DNA of 64,000 nucleotides from Planctomycetota bacterium (GTDB lineage Bacteria; Planctomycetota; UBA1135; UBA2386): NCBI GenBank assembly GCA_045105235.1, contig JBGCDH010000011.1, positions 141,992 to 205,991 of the forward strand, read 5' to 3'. Shown piece by piece: positions 30,203 to 40,400 of this stretch (position 1 is its first letter; each line of letters starts with the position of its first letter). The notes under the pieces were generated by a model. It saw only the letters and a program-made list of their open reading frames with translations, ran no database searches and was not told where the DNA came from. The position numbers and the translations under genes were made by a program.

Positions 30203-30474
30203 CTGCGGACTACACGGCGGCGCATCGCAAACCGGTTCGCCAAAGACGACCGCCTCGGCGTGGTCGTCTAGATCAGGAAGGAAGTAGGGCATTTCAGCGG
30301 TCAGAGGGGTCGAGCCGGCGAGCCTTTCCAATCGAGCCATATTGTGGTGAATCACTTCCACCGCAAGACAAGAGGCTGCTGGAACAGACACGCGCAGGGG
30401 TCTAGGCGTAAGAGTCCGTTCTCTGTCACCGCGAAAGTTCTCCTTGTTCCAAGAATCCGTCGCGAGACCGAGAA

Positions 30475-31833
30475 TCAGCGGCGCATGAACGTCAAATACT
30501 CCAGACGCGCAAACGTCGCCCGTACCTCGATCAATGCGCAAAACAGAGCGATCCACGCCGCGATCGCGAAACCGAGCCCATAGGTTTGCGGCCCAACGCG
30601 CTGGCTCCACCAGGCGAGCAGGGTGTTGCCAAGCAAGAACGTGAAGACCACTCGCAGCGCCGCATGGCGTCGGTCGAAGTAGAGCAACACGAGCATCGAG
30701 ATCAGCAGCAGCACGTGGCAGAAAGCGCCTAGGCACACAAACCGGAAGACGCGCGCCGCGAAGGGCGGCAAACCGACCAGCTCCACCAACGGCTCCGCCA
30801 GCATCAAGCAGAGCACCGTGATCGCCCCCTGCAGACGCAGGAGCCGCAGACCCGCCTGCCGCAGCGTCACCTGCATCTCGATGCCGTGGGCCCGGATCTC
30901 CCGCAGCGGCCGGTTGCCCGTCACCGCCGCGAAGTAGGCCCGGTAGCGCTCGTAGAAGCTCGTCTCGAAATCGACCAGGTTGATGCTCATCGCGGGCACC
31001 ACGGTCAGGTAGCCCATATAGAAGCACGTGTCATAGAGCGGATGGTGGCGCAGCCCTTCGCCGGTGGCCAGCCCTTCGAGTAGCCAAAAGACCCACTTGT
31101 CGGACCACAGCGACAAGCCGTAGGCCGTGCCCACGAAGAAGAGCACCCGGTGGCGCCAAATGCCGCGGAGCACTTCGCCGCTGCGCGGCCCCGGCGCCTC
31201 GACACCGCGCAGAATCATCAGGCTCATCAGCGCCACGACGACGAGATTGCCCATCGCATACGCCAGGATGAGATCCGAGAGCTGCGCGTTCGCGTCCGTC
31301 ATGCGCAGCAGCACCAAGAACACCAGGGCGCCGCACAAGTAGACGAACAGCACCTTGTCGTGCTGACGGATCACGGTCAGCCACGCCATCGCAAGCCACG
31401 ACAGGCTGATCGCGACATAGAGCAGCAGCACCGCGAGCGTCAGCCTTGGCTCAAAGCCGAGCCACAGACACAGCCCGAGACCGGTCATCGTCTGAATCGC
31501 CGCGACCACGATCATGCACGTCGCAAACGATGGCAGCAGCGCTCGGTAGTCGCCTGAGTAGAGGGCGTCTGCCAGGTAGCGCGTCGCCGCCATCTGCACA
31601 CCCCCAACGCTGATCAAGCTGGCAGCAAAGGTCCAGCCGACGATCGACAGAAAGCCTTCGACCATCTGGTCGGGCATCCAGCCGGCCACGTAGCGCACCA
31701 GCAGCAAGGTCATCATGGTGACGACCCACGGACCCGCCGAAATCATGCCTGCGGCGACGTACGCGCGCAGTCGACCAAGCATGCTGCCGTCCTCGGAAAC
31801 GAGGCGGCGAAGGTCGAAGCCGATACCCGCCAT
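30475..31833 (-). CDS. pelG: Pel exopolysaccharide export/inner-membrane protein PelG
   Basis: The internal ATG at 31833 gives MAGIGFDLRRLVSEDGSMLGRLRAYVAAGMISAGPWV..., the characteristic PelG N-terminus. The protein has about 12 TM helices. The ATG lies 1 nt after the pelF stop. Confidence 0.85.
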   Translation of the reverse strand: MAGIGFDLRRLVSEDGSMLGRLRAYVAAGMISAGPWVVTMMTLLLVRYVAGWMPDQMVEGFLSIVGWTFAASLISVGGVQMAATRYLADALYSGDYRALLPSFATCMIVVAAIQTMTGLGLCLWLGFEPRLTLAVLLLYVAISLSWLAMAWLTVIRQHDKVLFVYLCGALVFLVLLRMTDANAQLSDLILAYAMGNLVVVALMSLMILRGVEAPGPRSGEVLRGIWRHRVLFFVGTAYGLSLWSDKWVFWLLEGLATGEGLRHHPLYDTCFYMGYLTVVPAMSINLVDFETSFYERYRAYFAAVTGNRPLREIRAHGIEMQVTLRQAGLRLLRLQGAITVLCLMLAEPLVELVGLPPFAARVFRFVCLGAFCHVLLLISMLVLLYFDRRHAALRVVFTFLLGNTLLAWWSQRVGPQTYGLGFAIAAWIALFCALIEVRATFARLEYLTFMRR

Positions 31834-31834
31834 C

Positions 31835-33445
31835 TCAGACCGTCTCCTTTGCGGGCTTTTCGACGACCGGCTCGTCTTCGCCGTTGCTTGCTTCCCCAGG
31901 AGTCGCGGCCGCGCCTTCGATCGGCGACACATCGACGCCGGCTTCTTTCAGCCAGTACAAGTAGACCGAGCGATAGGCACCGATCATCTCGCTCTCGTCG
32001 TAGAGTTCGCGGACGCGCCGCTGCAGGCTGCGCCCCATGCGTAGGCGCAGCTCGCCGTCATCGTGCAGCTCGCGGACTGCGCAGGCCACCTCGCCCGGCG
32101 ACGCAATGGCCGTCAGGATGCCTCCTGTGCCGATCGATCGGTCCGCCGCCGTTCGCCCCTCGAGCAGCTCCCGGCAGCTGCCGACATCCGTCGCAACGAC
32201 CGGAACACCCAAGGCGCCCGCTTCGAGGATCACCAGCGGCTGGGCTTCGGAGATGCTTGTTAGCAACAGCACGTCGCACTTGACGAGCTCTTGCCGCACG
32301 TTGACGGCACCTTCGAATCGCACCACGTCATCGAGACCAAGATCCTTCGCGAAGGTCAAACAGCCTTCTGCATAGTCCGGGTCTTCATTCATCGGGCCGA
32401 GGATGCGCACCAGCAGGTTCGGCACGTCGCGCGCCAACAACCGCATCGCCGCAAGAACGGTTCGCACGTCCTTGATGGGCGTCACCCGGCCAACAAACGC
32501 CACCGTAAACGGGCTGTCCGCAGCGCGCGGTTGCGCGTGCTCAAAGGCAGCCGTCAGCGACGCAACGTCGACGCCGTTGGGCACAATGTCGATCTTGTCA
32601 GGATCGGCGCCGTCTGCGATCTGAGCTGCCTTGTTGTCGGCATACAGCGTGAAGATGCGCGACGACTGCTCGTAGCAACACCGGCTCATCGCTTCGAAGT
32701 GCTGGTTCCAGAACTGCCGAAAATACGGCGCTTCGCGATCGACGACGTAGTCTTCGTGCTCGCCGTCCTGGATCCAGTTCGCCGAGTAGATCTCGATGCG
32801 ACGCTCTTTCGTGTAGATGCCGTGCTCCGTCAAGATCATCGGCCGCTGCCACTGCGCGCTCGCCAGGGCTGCTAGCAGGCCTGCGTAGCCGGTCGAAACC
32901 GTGTGGTACATGCCGGCTCGAGGCACCCTGTGAAAGAGCAGCTCAACGAGCGGGCGCCACGCGAACATCCACGTCCAATAGAAGTTGAGGAAGCTCTGGC
33001 GCTGATCTTCGCGTTCGTAGCACTCGACCAACGCATCCCAACACGGCTGGCTCGAAAGCACGTCGTCAGGTCGCAGTCCTTCTTCCGCAAGCTCGACGAA
33101 CAGCGTGGCGATGCACTGCAGCTGATGCATCGTGCCCGCCCGAATCTGGAGCAGCCCCGCCCAAACCTCGCGCAGCCGCTGCTCGTGCCTGCGATCGGGC
33201 ATCGTCGGCTCGCCGCCGGTGGGGGGCATCAGGCCACACTGCTCCAAGAACAGCACGTTCTCAGGCATCTTGTAGGCCGGATCCGATCCGTAGTAGTCCA
33301 CCTGAGGTGCAATGTGCACGAGGCCGAACGTGCGCTCCGGCATCTCGCTGATCAGCCGGTGCACCCACGACGACACGCCGCCCATGACAAACGGATAGGT
33401 GCCTTCGAGCAGCAAGACGATTTCGGCGCGGTCGTCGTTGCTCAC
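31835..33445 (-). CDS. pelF: Pel glycosyltransferase PelF (GT4)
   Basis: IVLLLEGTYPFVMGGVSSWVHRLI is the PelF N-terminal signature. A GT4 C-terminal domain follows (LLTSISEAQPLVILEAGALGVPVVATDVGSCRELL). The GTG start overlaps the pelE stop (GTGA). Confidence 0.9.
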   Translation of the reverse strand: MSNDDRAEIVLLLEGTYPFVMGGVSSWVHRLISEMPERTFGLVHIAPQVDYYGSDPAYKMPENVLFLEQCGLMPPTGGEPTMPDRRHEQRLREVWAGLLQIRAGTMHQLQCIATLFVELAEEGLRPDDVLSSQPCWDALVECYEREDQRQSFLNFYWTWMFAWRPLVELLFHRVPRAGMYHTVSTGYAGLLAALASAQWQRPMILTEHGIYTKERRIEIYSANWIQDGEHEDYVVDREAPYFRQFWNQHFEAMSRCCYEQSSRIFTLYADNKAAQIADGADPDKIDIVPNGVDVASLTAAFEHAQPRAADSPFTVAFVGRVTPIKDVRTVLAAMRLLARDVPNLLVRILGPMNEDPDYAEGCLTFAKDLGLDDVVRFEGAVNVRQELVKCDVLLLTSISEAQPLVILEAGALGVPVVATDVGSCRELLEGRTAADRSIGTGGILTAIASPGEVACAVRELHDDGELRLRMGRSLQRRVRELYDESEMIGAYRSVYLYWLKEAGVDVSPIEGAAATPGEASNGEDEPVVEKPAKETV

Positions 33446-34560
33446 GACGCCACCTCCGCAAAGAGACCATCGACCACGTCATCCGGCGCCATTGACTCCA
33501 GCTCGACAGCCGAGTGAATCTCGCGTTCGGCGCGCTCGGCCGCGTCCTCAAACAGCTCGTCGAGCCATTCCGGAAGGTTCTGGCCAAGCGCCAGGAGCCG
33601 CTCGGAGACAGCTTCGCACGTTCGCCGATCCCGACGGCGAAAGCCAATCTCCGCCCGCAGCAAGTCGTAGCCACGAGGAAGATCCGTAGGCCAGTTGCCG
33701 ACGATTTGCCAAGCCCGGTCCAGCAGACCGACCTCCGCCATCACCATGGCCGAAATGCGCTGCGAGTCGAAGCTCTGCGCATCGATGGTCATGGCGCAAT
33801 CCGATGAACGGTGCGCCTTCTCGAGCCAGTACTCGGCCATGTCGTCGTCAAGCGCACCGCTCGTTGCATACAGAAAACACGCTTCCGCGTGCCGCGACAG
33901 CGCCGCAGCCTTGTCCGCGGCGTAGAGATCGTCGATCTCGTCCGCATGATCGCGCAGCTGCCGAATCCGGCGTTCGTTGCGTTCGCCAATATGCGCGAGC
34001 TCCGCATACGCGCAGAGCCGCAGCTCCGCTTCGGGATCGCGCAAGAAGCGACGCAGCAGCACGGCGTAGCGAGGTTCGCCGATGCGGCCCAGCTGCCGCA
34101 GCAGGTTGCGCTTTTCCTCGAGGGTTCCATGGCGCAGAACGTGCGCATGGCTGACTACTCGAAGTTCGTGTTCTAGGTTGGGCCGCGTATCGACGACAAC
34201 GCTCGGCAGCGTCGATTCGAAGGCAGCGTGTGCGTTTTCATTTGCTGCACGCGGCCGCCAACACAGCGTGACACCGACAACCGCAGGTCCAACGATCGGT
34301 GCGATCAAGGCCAACAGCAGCGCGATGTCGCCAACGCATGGCGCTGCACCGGCAAGGCGTACGGCACGCGCCGTCATCAACGCCGCGCCAACGTGTAGGG
34401 CAATCGACACAGCTGCAAGCTCGACGGATTGCGCGTGCCACATGCCAAAGCCGCCGGCGCAGCCGGCCACGCTTGCCAGAACCCAGACGAGACGTGCACG
34501 CCAAGCCGCCGCGAGGGGCTGCCCGGATTCGTCCGGCCGCGCCGCTTCGAAATCGCTCAC
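33442..34560 (-). CDS. pelE: PelE-like inner-membrane helical-repeat protein
   Basis: 372 aa with 2-3 N-terminal TM helices and then a helical, TPR-like region. It sits between pelD and pelF. The GTG start overlaps the pelD stop (GTGA). The assignment rests on position and architecture. Confidence 0.55.
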   Translation of the reverse strand: MSDFEAARPDESGQPLAAAWRARLVWVLASVAGCAGGFGMWHAQSVELAAVSIALHVGAALMTARAVRLAGAAPCVGDIALLLALIAPIVGPAVVGVTLCWRPRAANENAHAAFESTLPSVVVDTRPNLEHELRVVSHAHVLRHGTLEEKRNLLRQLGRIGEPRYAVLLRRFLRDPEAELRLCAYAELAHIGERNERRIRQLRDHADEIDDLYAADKAAALSRHAEACFLYATSGALDDDMAEYWLEKAHRSSDCAMTIDAQSFDSQRISAMVMAEVGLLDRAWQIVGNWPTDLPRGYDLLRAEIGFRRRDRRTCEAVSERLLALGQNLPEWLDELFEDAAERAEREIHSAVELESMAPDDVVDGLFAEVAS

Positions 34561-37400
34561 GGCCGTTCCTCCGAATCGGGTCCGGGCGCATGCGGAGGCG
34601 AGGACTGTGGTGCCGCTTCAGCCGGATCCGAATCACGTGGCAACTGCAGCTGTTGCCGCAAGCTCTCACCGAGCTTCTGCAGGGCCTCGACTTGCGCCAG
34701 GAAACTCTGCATGCGCGGATCCGCCGCGGCGCCCGCATCCTGTGCCGCGTCGTGCGCAGCGGTTTGGCCTTCTACCGAGCGTTCGTTTGGTTGCCCAACG
34801 TTGCGATCCGCAAGGTCTTGGTCGAGTGCGCGTCGAAGACCTTGTCGGAGCTCATCGCCGGCATTTCCACGTAGCGCCGGATCCGACTGTGAAAGCAGTT
34901 CCCGCATCGCTTCCCGCGCTGCTTCGCGCACGGCATCGGTAACGTCTACTACAACCGAGTCTTGATCGTCGTCATCGCGGCTGTCGCCATGACGGGAGTC
35001 GTCGGCGTCCTCAGCGACGTCCTCAGCGGTCTCTTCAGCGGCCTCTTCAGCGATCGGTGTCTCAAGGGAAGCCTCCGGGGGAGCCTCTTCGGCGACAGAA
35101 CCCGACTCTGGATCAAACGACCCGAGCCAGCCTAGACCGTCCCGCACGCTCTGCGATGTTGGCGCACCGTCACTGAAGAGCGGCTCGGCACTCGCCCCCA
35201 TCTCGCCAAACTCCGCCATGGCATCCGCCAAGTGATCGAGTTCGACCTGCGAGATGACGGGTTCATCATCGACTCGTTCGTCCACGCTGCCGCCCAAGAC
35301 ATGCATGAGCACGTCCTTGACGTCCATATCGGCCAGGGCCAAAAACTCCGACTCGACGTTTTGGAACAGCTCGCCAGGCATCGAAGCCGCCAGGTCTTCC
35401 TTCAGTCGCTGCCAAATACGGGTTGCGTCCAGGCACGAAGTGCACGGCAGCATGACGATGCATCGATCGCTGCCGAGCACGTAGATGCCGTCGGTAACCC
35501 GCAGGTTCTCGCCGACGTTGTTCCACAAGTGACGCGCCAGAATCGGTGCGACGCTGATGCCGCGATCGCTGGACCGATACTCGATGATGTTGAGATCCCA
35601 CTCACGGCGGCGCGCGAGTTCGACCTCAAGACGCAAACGGCGCACGAAGTCTTTGGCCGTGCCGCGCCGCTGCGGATGCGGATCGGGAACGGGACATCGA
35701 ATCGGATCGTTGGAGCCCGGTTCGGCAAAGAAGAACCTGGCAACGTCGGGAAGCGTGTCGGCGAGCTTTGGGTAGACGTCGCCAACGGAGAAAACGCGCA
35801 TCTCGACGTTGCCGAGCGAGTCATCCACGAGCGCATCAAATCGGGCCTTGAGTCGGTCGGACACGGCTTGTCCGTGCGACGTCTGGCAGCCCGTCATCAC
35901 CAGCATGTAGCTGCCGGCAAAACCAAACCGGTAGGCGTCATCGGTTTGTCGGATCGCCGCACCGAGAACGCGTGTCGCGGTCGCTTCTAGGCTTTCGACT
36001 TCGTCCTCACGACTCGACGAGGCATCGTGCAGCCGCACCGCCACCAGCACCGTTTCGACGCCGTAGCGAGTGCGCCGGGCGTCTTCTAGATAGAGGCGTT
36101 CGCTCAGCTGCTCGGCCGTACCGATCGACTTGCTGGCTTCAAACGCCTGCTTCACCGACTGCCATGTGACTTCGCGGGCCTGTCCGATATCGGTGCGACG
36201 CAGCGTCGTCGCGACCCATGTCGCAATGCCCAAGAACGTCTTGATCGTGTCCTGGTCAAAGCGCTGCGGCGGCATTTCGTCGACGCAGAGGACCGCCTTG
36301 ACGACGCCGCTCGTGTCGGCCAAGGGAGCGACGAGCAGTGGCTCGCCGGGCTTGGCACCGTCATCCTGCAGACCGACGACCGGACGACCCTGTGCAACCG
36401 CCTGCTGCAAACGCTCACTCGCGCGCATCGCTTCCAAACGCACGCGGCGCTCGCCGTCCGACCAGCCGCGCTGCGCCGCCAAATCGAGCAACTCGCCTGG
36501 CAGCACGTAGAGCACCGAGCACTTCGACGCGCCGCAGAAGTCCCGCAGCATGTCCAACGGCACATCGAAGATCTTGTCGTCGGACGAGCCGGTATTGCTC
36601 GCGACGGTCAGCATCAGGCTCTGGAAGTCGAACGAACGGTCAAAGATGCGCCGCTTGAGCTCGCGATTGGCTTGGCGCAGCAACGCAACATCTTGCTGCT
36701 GCTCGCCAACCTTGACCGACAGCGACGATTGTTCGCGACGCGCCTCCAGACGATCTTGGTGGATGCCGTCGCGAGCCTGCCCAAACAGGAAAGCGACCAC
36801 CAAGAAGAGACAGCTCGGCCAAAGCACGGCGGACTGCTCCAGCATTTCGATGCCGTAACCAAACGCATAGGCGTAGCCGGCTGCGTGCAGGATCGTGGCG
36901 CCAAGCGCCGCCGGTATGGCCAAGGCCACGCCACCACGCACGGCGCCCCAGAGCACCAGCAGCCAGAGTGGATTGGGGTGCACGCCGAAGAACCCGATGC
37001 CGCCGCCAACCAAGAAGCGCTCGATCAAGACGCAAGCCAGCGTCAGCAGAGCAAGTTCGACCACACCGCCGGTCGCCGGTAGCCCGGCCGCGGCGCATGC
37101 TTCAGTATCCGGCGACCCCACTCCGGCGGCGCCCTCTTGTTCGGGTCCAGCTGGTTCGGGGCTCGTGTCGGCGGTGCCGGCATGCGCTTGGCGCGATGGG
37201 GGCGAATCCTGTTCGTCTCGAAGCCCGGCTGCACTCCGAGCGTCGGCCGACTCTTGGTTCTCGCTTGGCCCGCCGCTTTCCTGGTCCAGCGTATCCGCAA
37301 CCGAGGCGGTAGCCGCGACGGGCTGCGCGACACCGGCAGAACCGCCGTCGATTGGGGCACCGTCTACGAGCAGCTGTTCGAGCAGTTGGCGCTTTACCAT
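34557..37400 (-). CDS. pelD: Enlarged PelD-like c-di-GMP receptor candidate (TM + GAF-like + two degenerate GGDEF-like modules + acidic tail)
   Basis: The ATG at 37400 (MVKRQLLEQLL) overlaps the pelB stop. The protein has a disordered N-terminus, about 4 TM helices and a GAF-like region (DMLRDFCGASKCSVLYVL...LLVAPLAD). Two modules have RxxD followed by a degenerate GGDEF position (IRQTDDAYRFGFAGSY and LRVTDGIYVLGSDRCIV). The C-terminal ~250 aa are acidic and low-complexity. Confidence 0.65.
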   Translation of the reverse strand: MVKRQLLEQLLVDGAPIDGGSAGVAQPVAATASVADTLDQESGGPSENQESADARSAAGLRDEQDSPPSRQAHAGTADTSPEPAGPEQEGAAGVGSPDTEACAAAGLPATGGVVELALLTLACVLIERFLVGGGIGFFGVHPNPLWLLVLWGAVRGGVALAIPAALGATILHAAGYAYAFGYGIEMLEQSAVLWPSCLFLVVAFLFGQARDGIHQDRLEARREQSSLSVKVGEQQQDVALLRQANRELKRRIFDRSFDFQSLMLTVASNTGSSDDKIFDVPLDMLRDFCGASKCSVLYVLPGELLDLAAQRGWSDGERRVRLEAMRASERLQQAVAQGRPVVGLQDDGAKPGEPLLVAPLADTSGVVKAVLCVDEMPPQRFDQDTIKTFLGIATWVATTLRRTDIGQAREVTWQSVKQAFEASKSIGTAEQLSERLYLEDARRTRYGVETVLVAVRLHDASSSREDEVESLEATATRVLGAAIRQTDDAYRFGFAGSYMLVMTGCQTSHGQAVSDRLKARFDALVDDSLGNVEMRVFSVGDVYPKLADTLPDVARFFFAEPGSNDPIRCPVPDPHPQRRGTAKDFVRRLRLEVELARRREWDLNIIEYRSSDRGISVAPILARHLWNNVGENLRVTDGIYVLGSDRCIVMLPCTSCLDATRIWQRLKEDLAASMPGELFQNVESEFLALADMDVKDVLMHVLGGSVDERVDDEPVISQVELDHLADAMAEFGEMGASAEPLFSDGAPTSQSVRDGLGWLGSFDPESGSVAEEAPPEASLETPIAEEAAEETAEDVAEDADDSRHGDSRDDDDQDSVVVDVTDAVREAAREAMRELLSQSDPALRGNAGDELRQGLRRALDQDLADRNVGQPNERSVEGQTAAHDAAQDAGAAADPRMQSFLAQVEALQKLGESLRQQLQLPRDSDPAEAAPQSSPPHAPGPDSEERP

Positions 37401-40400
37401 CGCACAACCCCCTCGAGGCGAAACTGATCGACTTCGCCATCCTGCACGCGTCCCAACGCCGCACCGTGGCTCACACCGGCAGTGAGCTCGCACCAGCGAC
37501 GCGGGCGCCAGGTGATGGCCGCATCCACGCCCCAAATTGCGCCATCGCCATCGAGATCGAAGCCTGCATTGGCGGCCACCGAACAGCCGAACTGTCCCGC
37601 GAAGCGACGATCAAAACGCGTCGCGAAGATCAGGTGGTCGTCGTTCTTTGCAATGGGCAAAAGACGCGGCAGATCGTCGCCCTCGAACAGTCGCGCCGTT
37701 TGCAGCGAGACCCACGCCGAGCCGAGCCACGCGCGCTCCGGCTGCTCCGGCTGCTGATCATGCACAAACGGCGAGCTGGGTCCCGTCGGCAGCGTATGCA
37801 CGGCGAATGGCGGTGCGATCGCTGCCGGCCCATTCCAGAAGCGATGCCCAACCGACACTTCGCCGCGAGCGCGCCAATCGCCGAAGCCACCCTGCATCGG
37901 AACGTCGATGTCGACGCGATCGATGGCGGCCATCCCGCCATACCACCAACCCGGCGCAAACTCAGAGTAGACGTTGGCCGAAAGCGTCGAGCGTCGGCCG
38001 CCGAGTTCGGGCGCGGCGGCGGGATCCGTCCACAGTTCGTTGATGCCCAGCCGCAAGCCAAGCGAAGCGAATGGCGCACGATCTACGAACTGCGCCGCGA
38101 CGAAGCCGCCGACAGCAGCGTTGCCCGGAGCTCCCGGTGCCGTGAGCAAACCCGCGGCATAGTGCTCGCCCGGCGCGCGGCGCCACGTCATCGCGACGTC
38201 GAACAAACCCGTGTCGATACGCTTGCCGACGCCTCCAAGCGCCGCCGCCGCGCCGCGATAGCTGCCGCTACCTACGCGCGCGTTGAGTCGCATCGCGTTG
38301 GGCAGTTCGACGCTGATGCCCGCCGTCGTCTCGAGGACGCGGTCCTCACCCAACCTGACAATGCGCGCCGTGCCAACCGCCGCTGTCGCAACCCGGTCCC
38401 ACGCCTGCTGGGTTTCACGCTGCGCGACCGGGTTGTCGCGCTCGAGCTGTAGCCACCGTTCGTAGGCGGAGAGCGCTCCGCGCCAGTCACCGAGCTCGGT
38501 CCGCACGTCGCCGAGCGTTTGGCTCAGCGCAGCATCCGCACCGAGGCGCTCGATCGCGTCGATGTAGAGCTGTTCTGCTGCCGCCAGATCGCCGCGGCGG
38601 CGGGCAATCTCGCCGCGCAGCAGCGAGACTCGCCGAGAGTCTGGCTGGCTGACGGCCGCCAGGTCGACGAGCCCGCCGGCCTTGCCGAGCTGGCCAAGCG
38701 ACAGCGCCAAATCGGCGTAGTCGAGCACCAGATCCATGTCGCGGGGATTCGCCGCGACCAGTTCGCGATAGGCAACCGCCGCCTCCGCGCGTCGCCCAAG
38801 GCGCACCAGCGAGACCGCGATCCGGCTGCGCATCGCGTAGTCCGGCTGATCGATCCGCTGCATCTCGAGCAGGGCCGTAGCGTGCAGCGACACGCTCTGC
38901 GACTCTTCACCAAGCGCGTAGAGCACCTCGCCAAGCTGGAAGCGCGCGAGCGGCGAAGCCGTTCCACTGGCCTCGGCTCGATCGATCCGCCGCGTCAGCA
39001 GCTGGGTCGCAAGTTCGGGCTTGCCGGTCCGAACGTAGATCTGCGCGAGGCGAAGCGATGCCGTCTCATGCTCGGGCTGGGCTTTGAGCACCTCGCGATA
39101 GAGCGGCACGGCGCGCTCATCTCGGCTTCGATAGAACAGCTCATCGGCAGCGCGAAGGCGGTGTTGCCAAGTCGCATCCGGATCCTTCGCAAGCCGCTCG
39201 AGCAAGGCGACGCCCGCGTTTTCGCGCCCCAATGCAAACAGCGAATCAACCAGCAGCGGCACCGCTGGCGAGTGGATACCGGCTTCTTCGTAGAGCCCAA
39301 GCCAGACCGGCAAAGCCGCTTCAACCCGACCGACGAACGCCAGCAGCTCGGCGTGCGCCAAGCGGTTGTCGTGGTCGGAGGGTTCGAGCTGTGCCAGGCG
39401 ACGCCGCGCCGTGATCTCCGCTTCGGGCAACGATGCCCACCCGGCGCGCTGGATCCACAAACGAACGAGGTCGGTATCTTGCGGATAGCTCGCGGCCAGA
39501 TCGGCAGCTGCAACGGTTGCCTCCGCCGGCGAGCGCTCCAGATCGACGAGCTCGATGCGCAGCTTGCGCGCCGCCGGGTCGTCCTTGTGCTGCGCGAGCA
39601 GAAACTCCGCCGTCTGCCGAAACGCTGGCTCTTTGAGGAACGGACGAAGGCGGTCCAGCACGTCGGCAACCACGCTGCCCTCTTCGCCGGACATGCTGAG
39701 CGACAGCGCCAGCCGCTGTGCCTCGATCGCCTGTAGACGAAGCTCCGGCGGCAGCTGCTTGCGGAACGCTTCGGGGTCGGCCAGCGCCTCTTCGCGCCGG
39801 CTTTCCAGCACGCTGGCCAGGCCCGGCTGGCGCAGCGCGTAGCGCAGACTGATGACTTCGCGCCAAAGCTCTTCGTTGCCGGGTTCTACTGACAGACGTC
39901 GCTGCAGCACTTCGACCAGCCGGTCCGGGCGGTCGATGCGCCGGTACAGGATCTCGAGCTCCGGCAGCACGCCTTCTGGATCGAGCAGCGACGCTCGTTC
40001 GAGTTCGACCGCGGCACGGTCTACCTGCAGGTCCGTCAACCGGTGGCGGGCTAGACGTTCGAGCCACGGCCGCGGGTCCGGCGCACGAACAGCCGCGCGG
40101 GTGAGCATCGTCAGCCCCTGCTCGACAAAGCCCGCTCCGAGCGCGGCATCCGCCGCCGCTTCGGCTTCGGCGATCTCGGCCGCATTGCTGGCAAGAGCCA
40201 TCGCGTGGGGCAGCGCCTTTTCAACTTCGTCGATGTAGGTGTAGAGCTCGATCAGGCGCGCGCGGTCTGCCGCGTCCTCCTGTTGCTGGATGAGCTGCTC
40301 GAGGGCAGCAATCTCGACGTCGGGACGACTCGTCCAAGCACCGAGCTGCGCGAGCTGGCGCAACACGCTTTCGTCATCGCTCGCGGCCAGGCCCGCGACC

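Noticed and set aside
29969..30340. 123-codon minus-strand ORF downstream of pelG
   Set aside because: It overlaps the SWIM gene 3' end antisense by 92 nt. It has weak GC3 bias, no convincing SD and an Arg-rich C-terminal part. I kept it only as a low-interest note.
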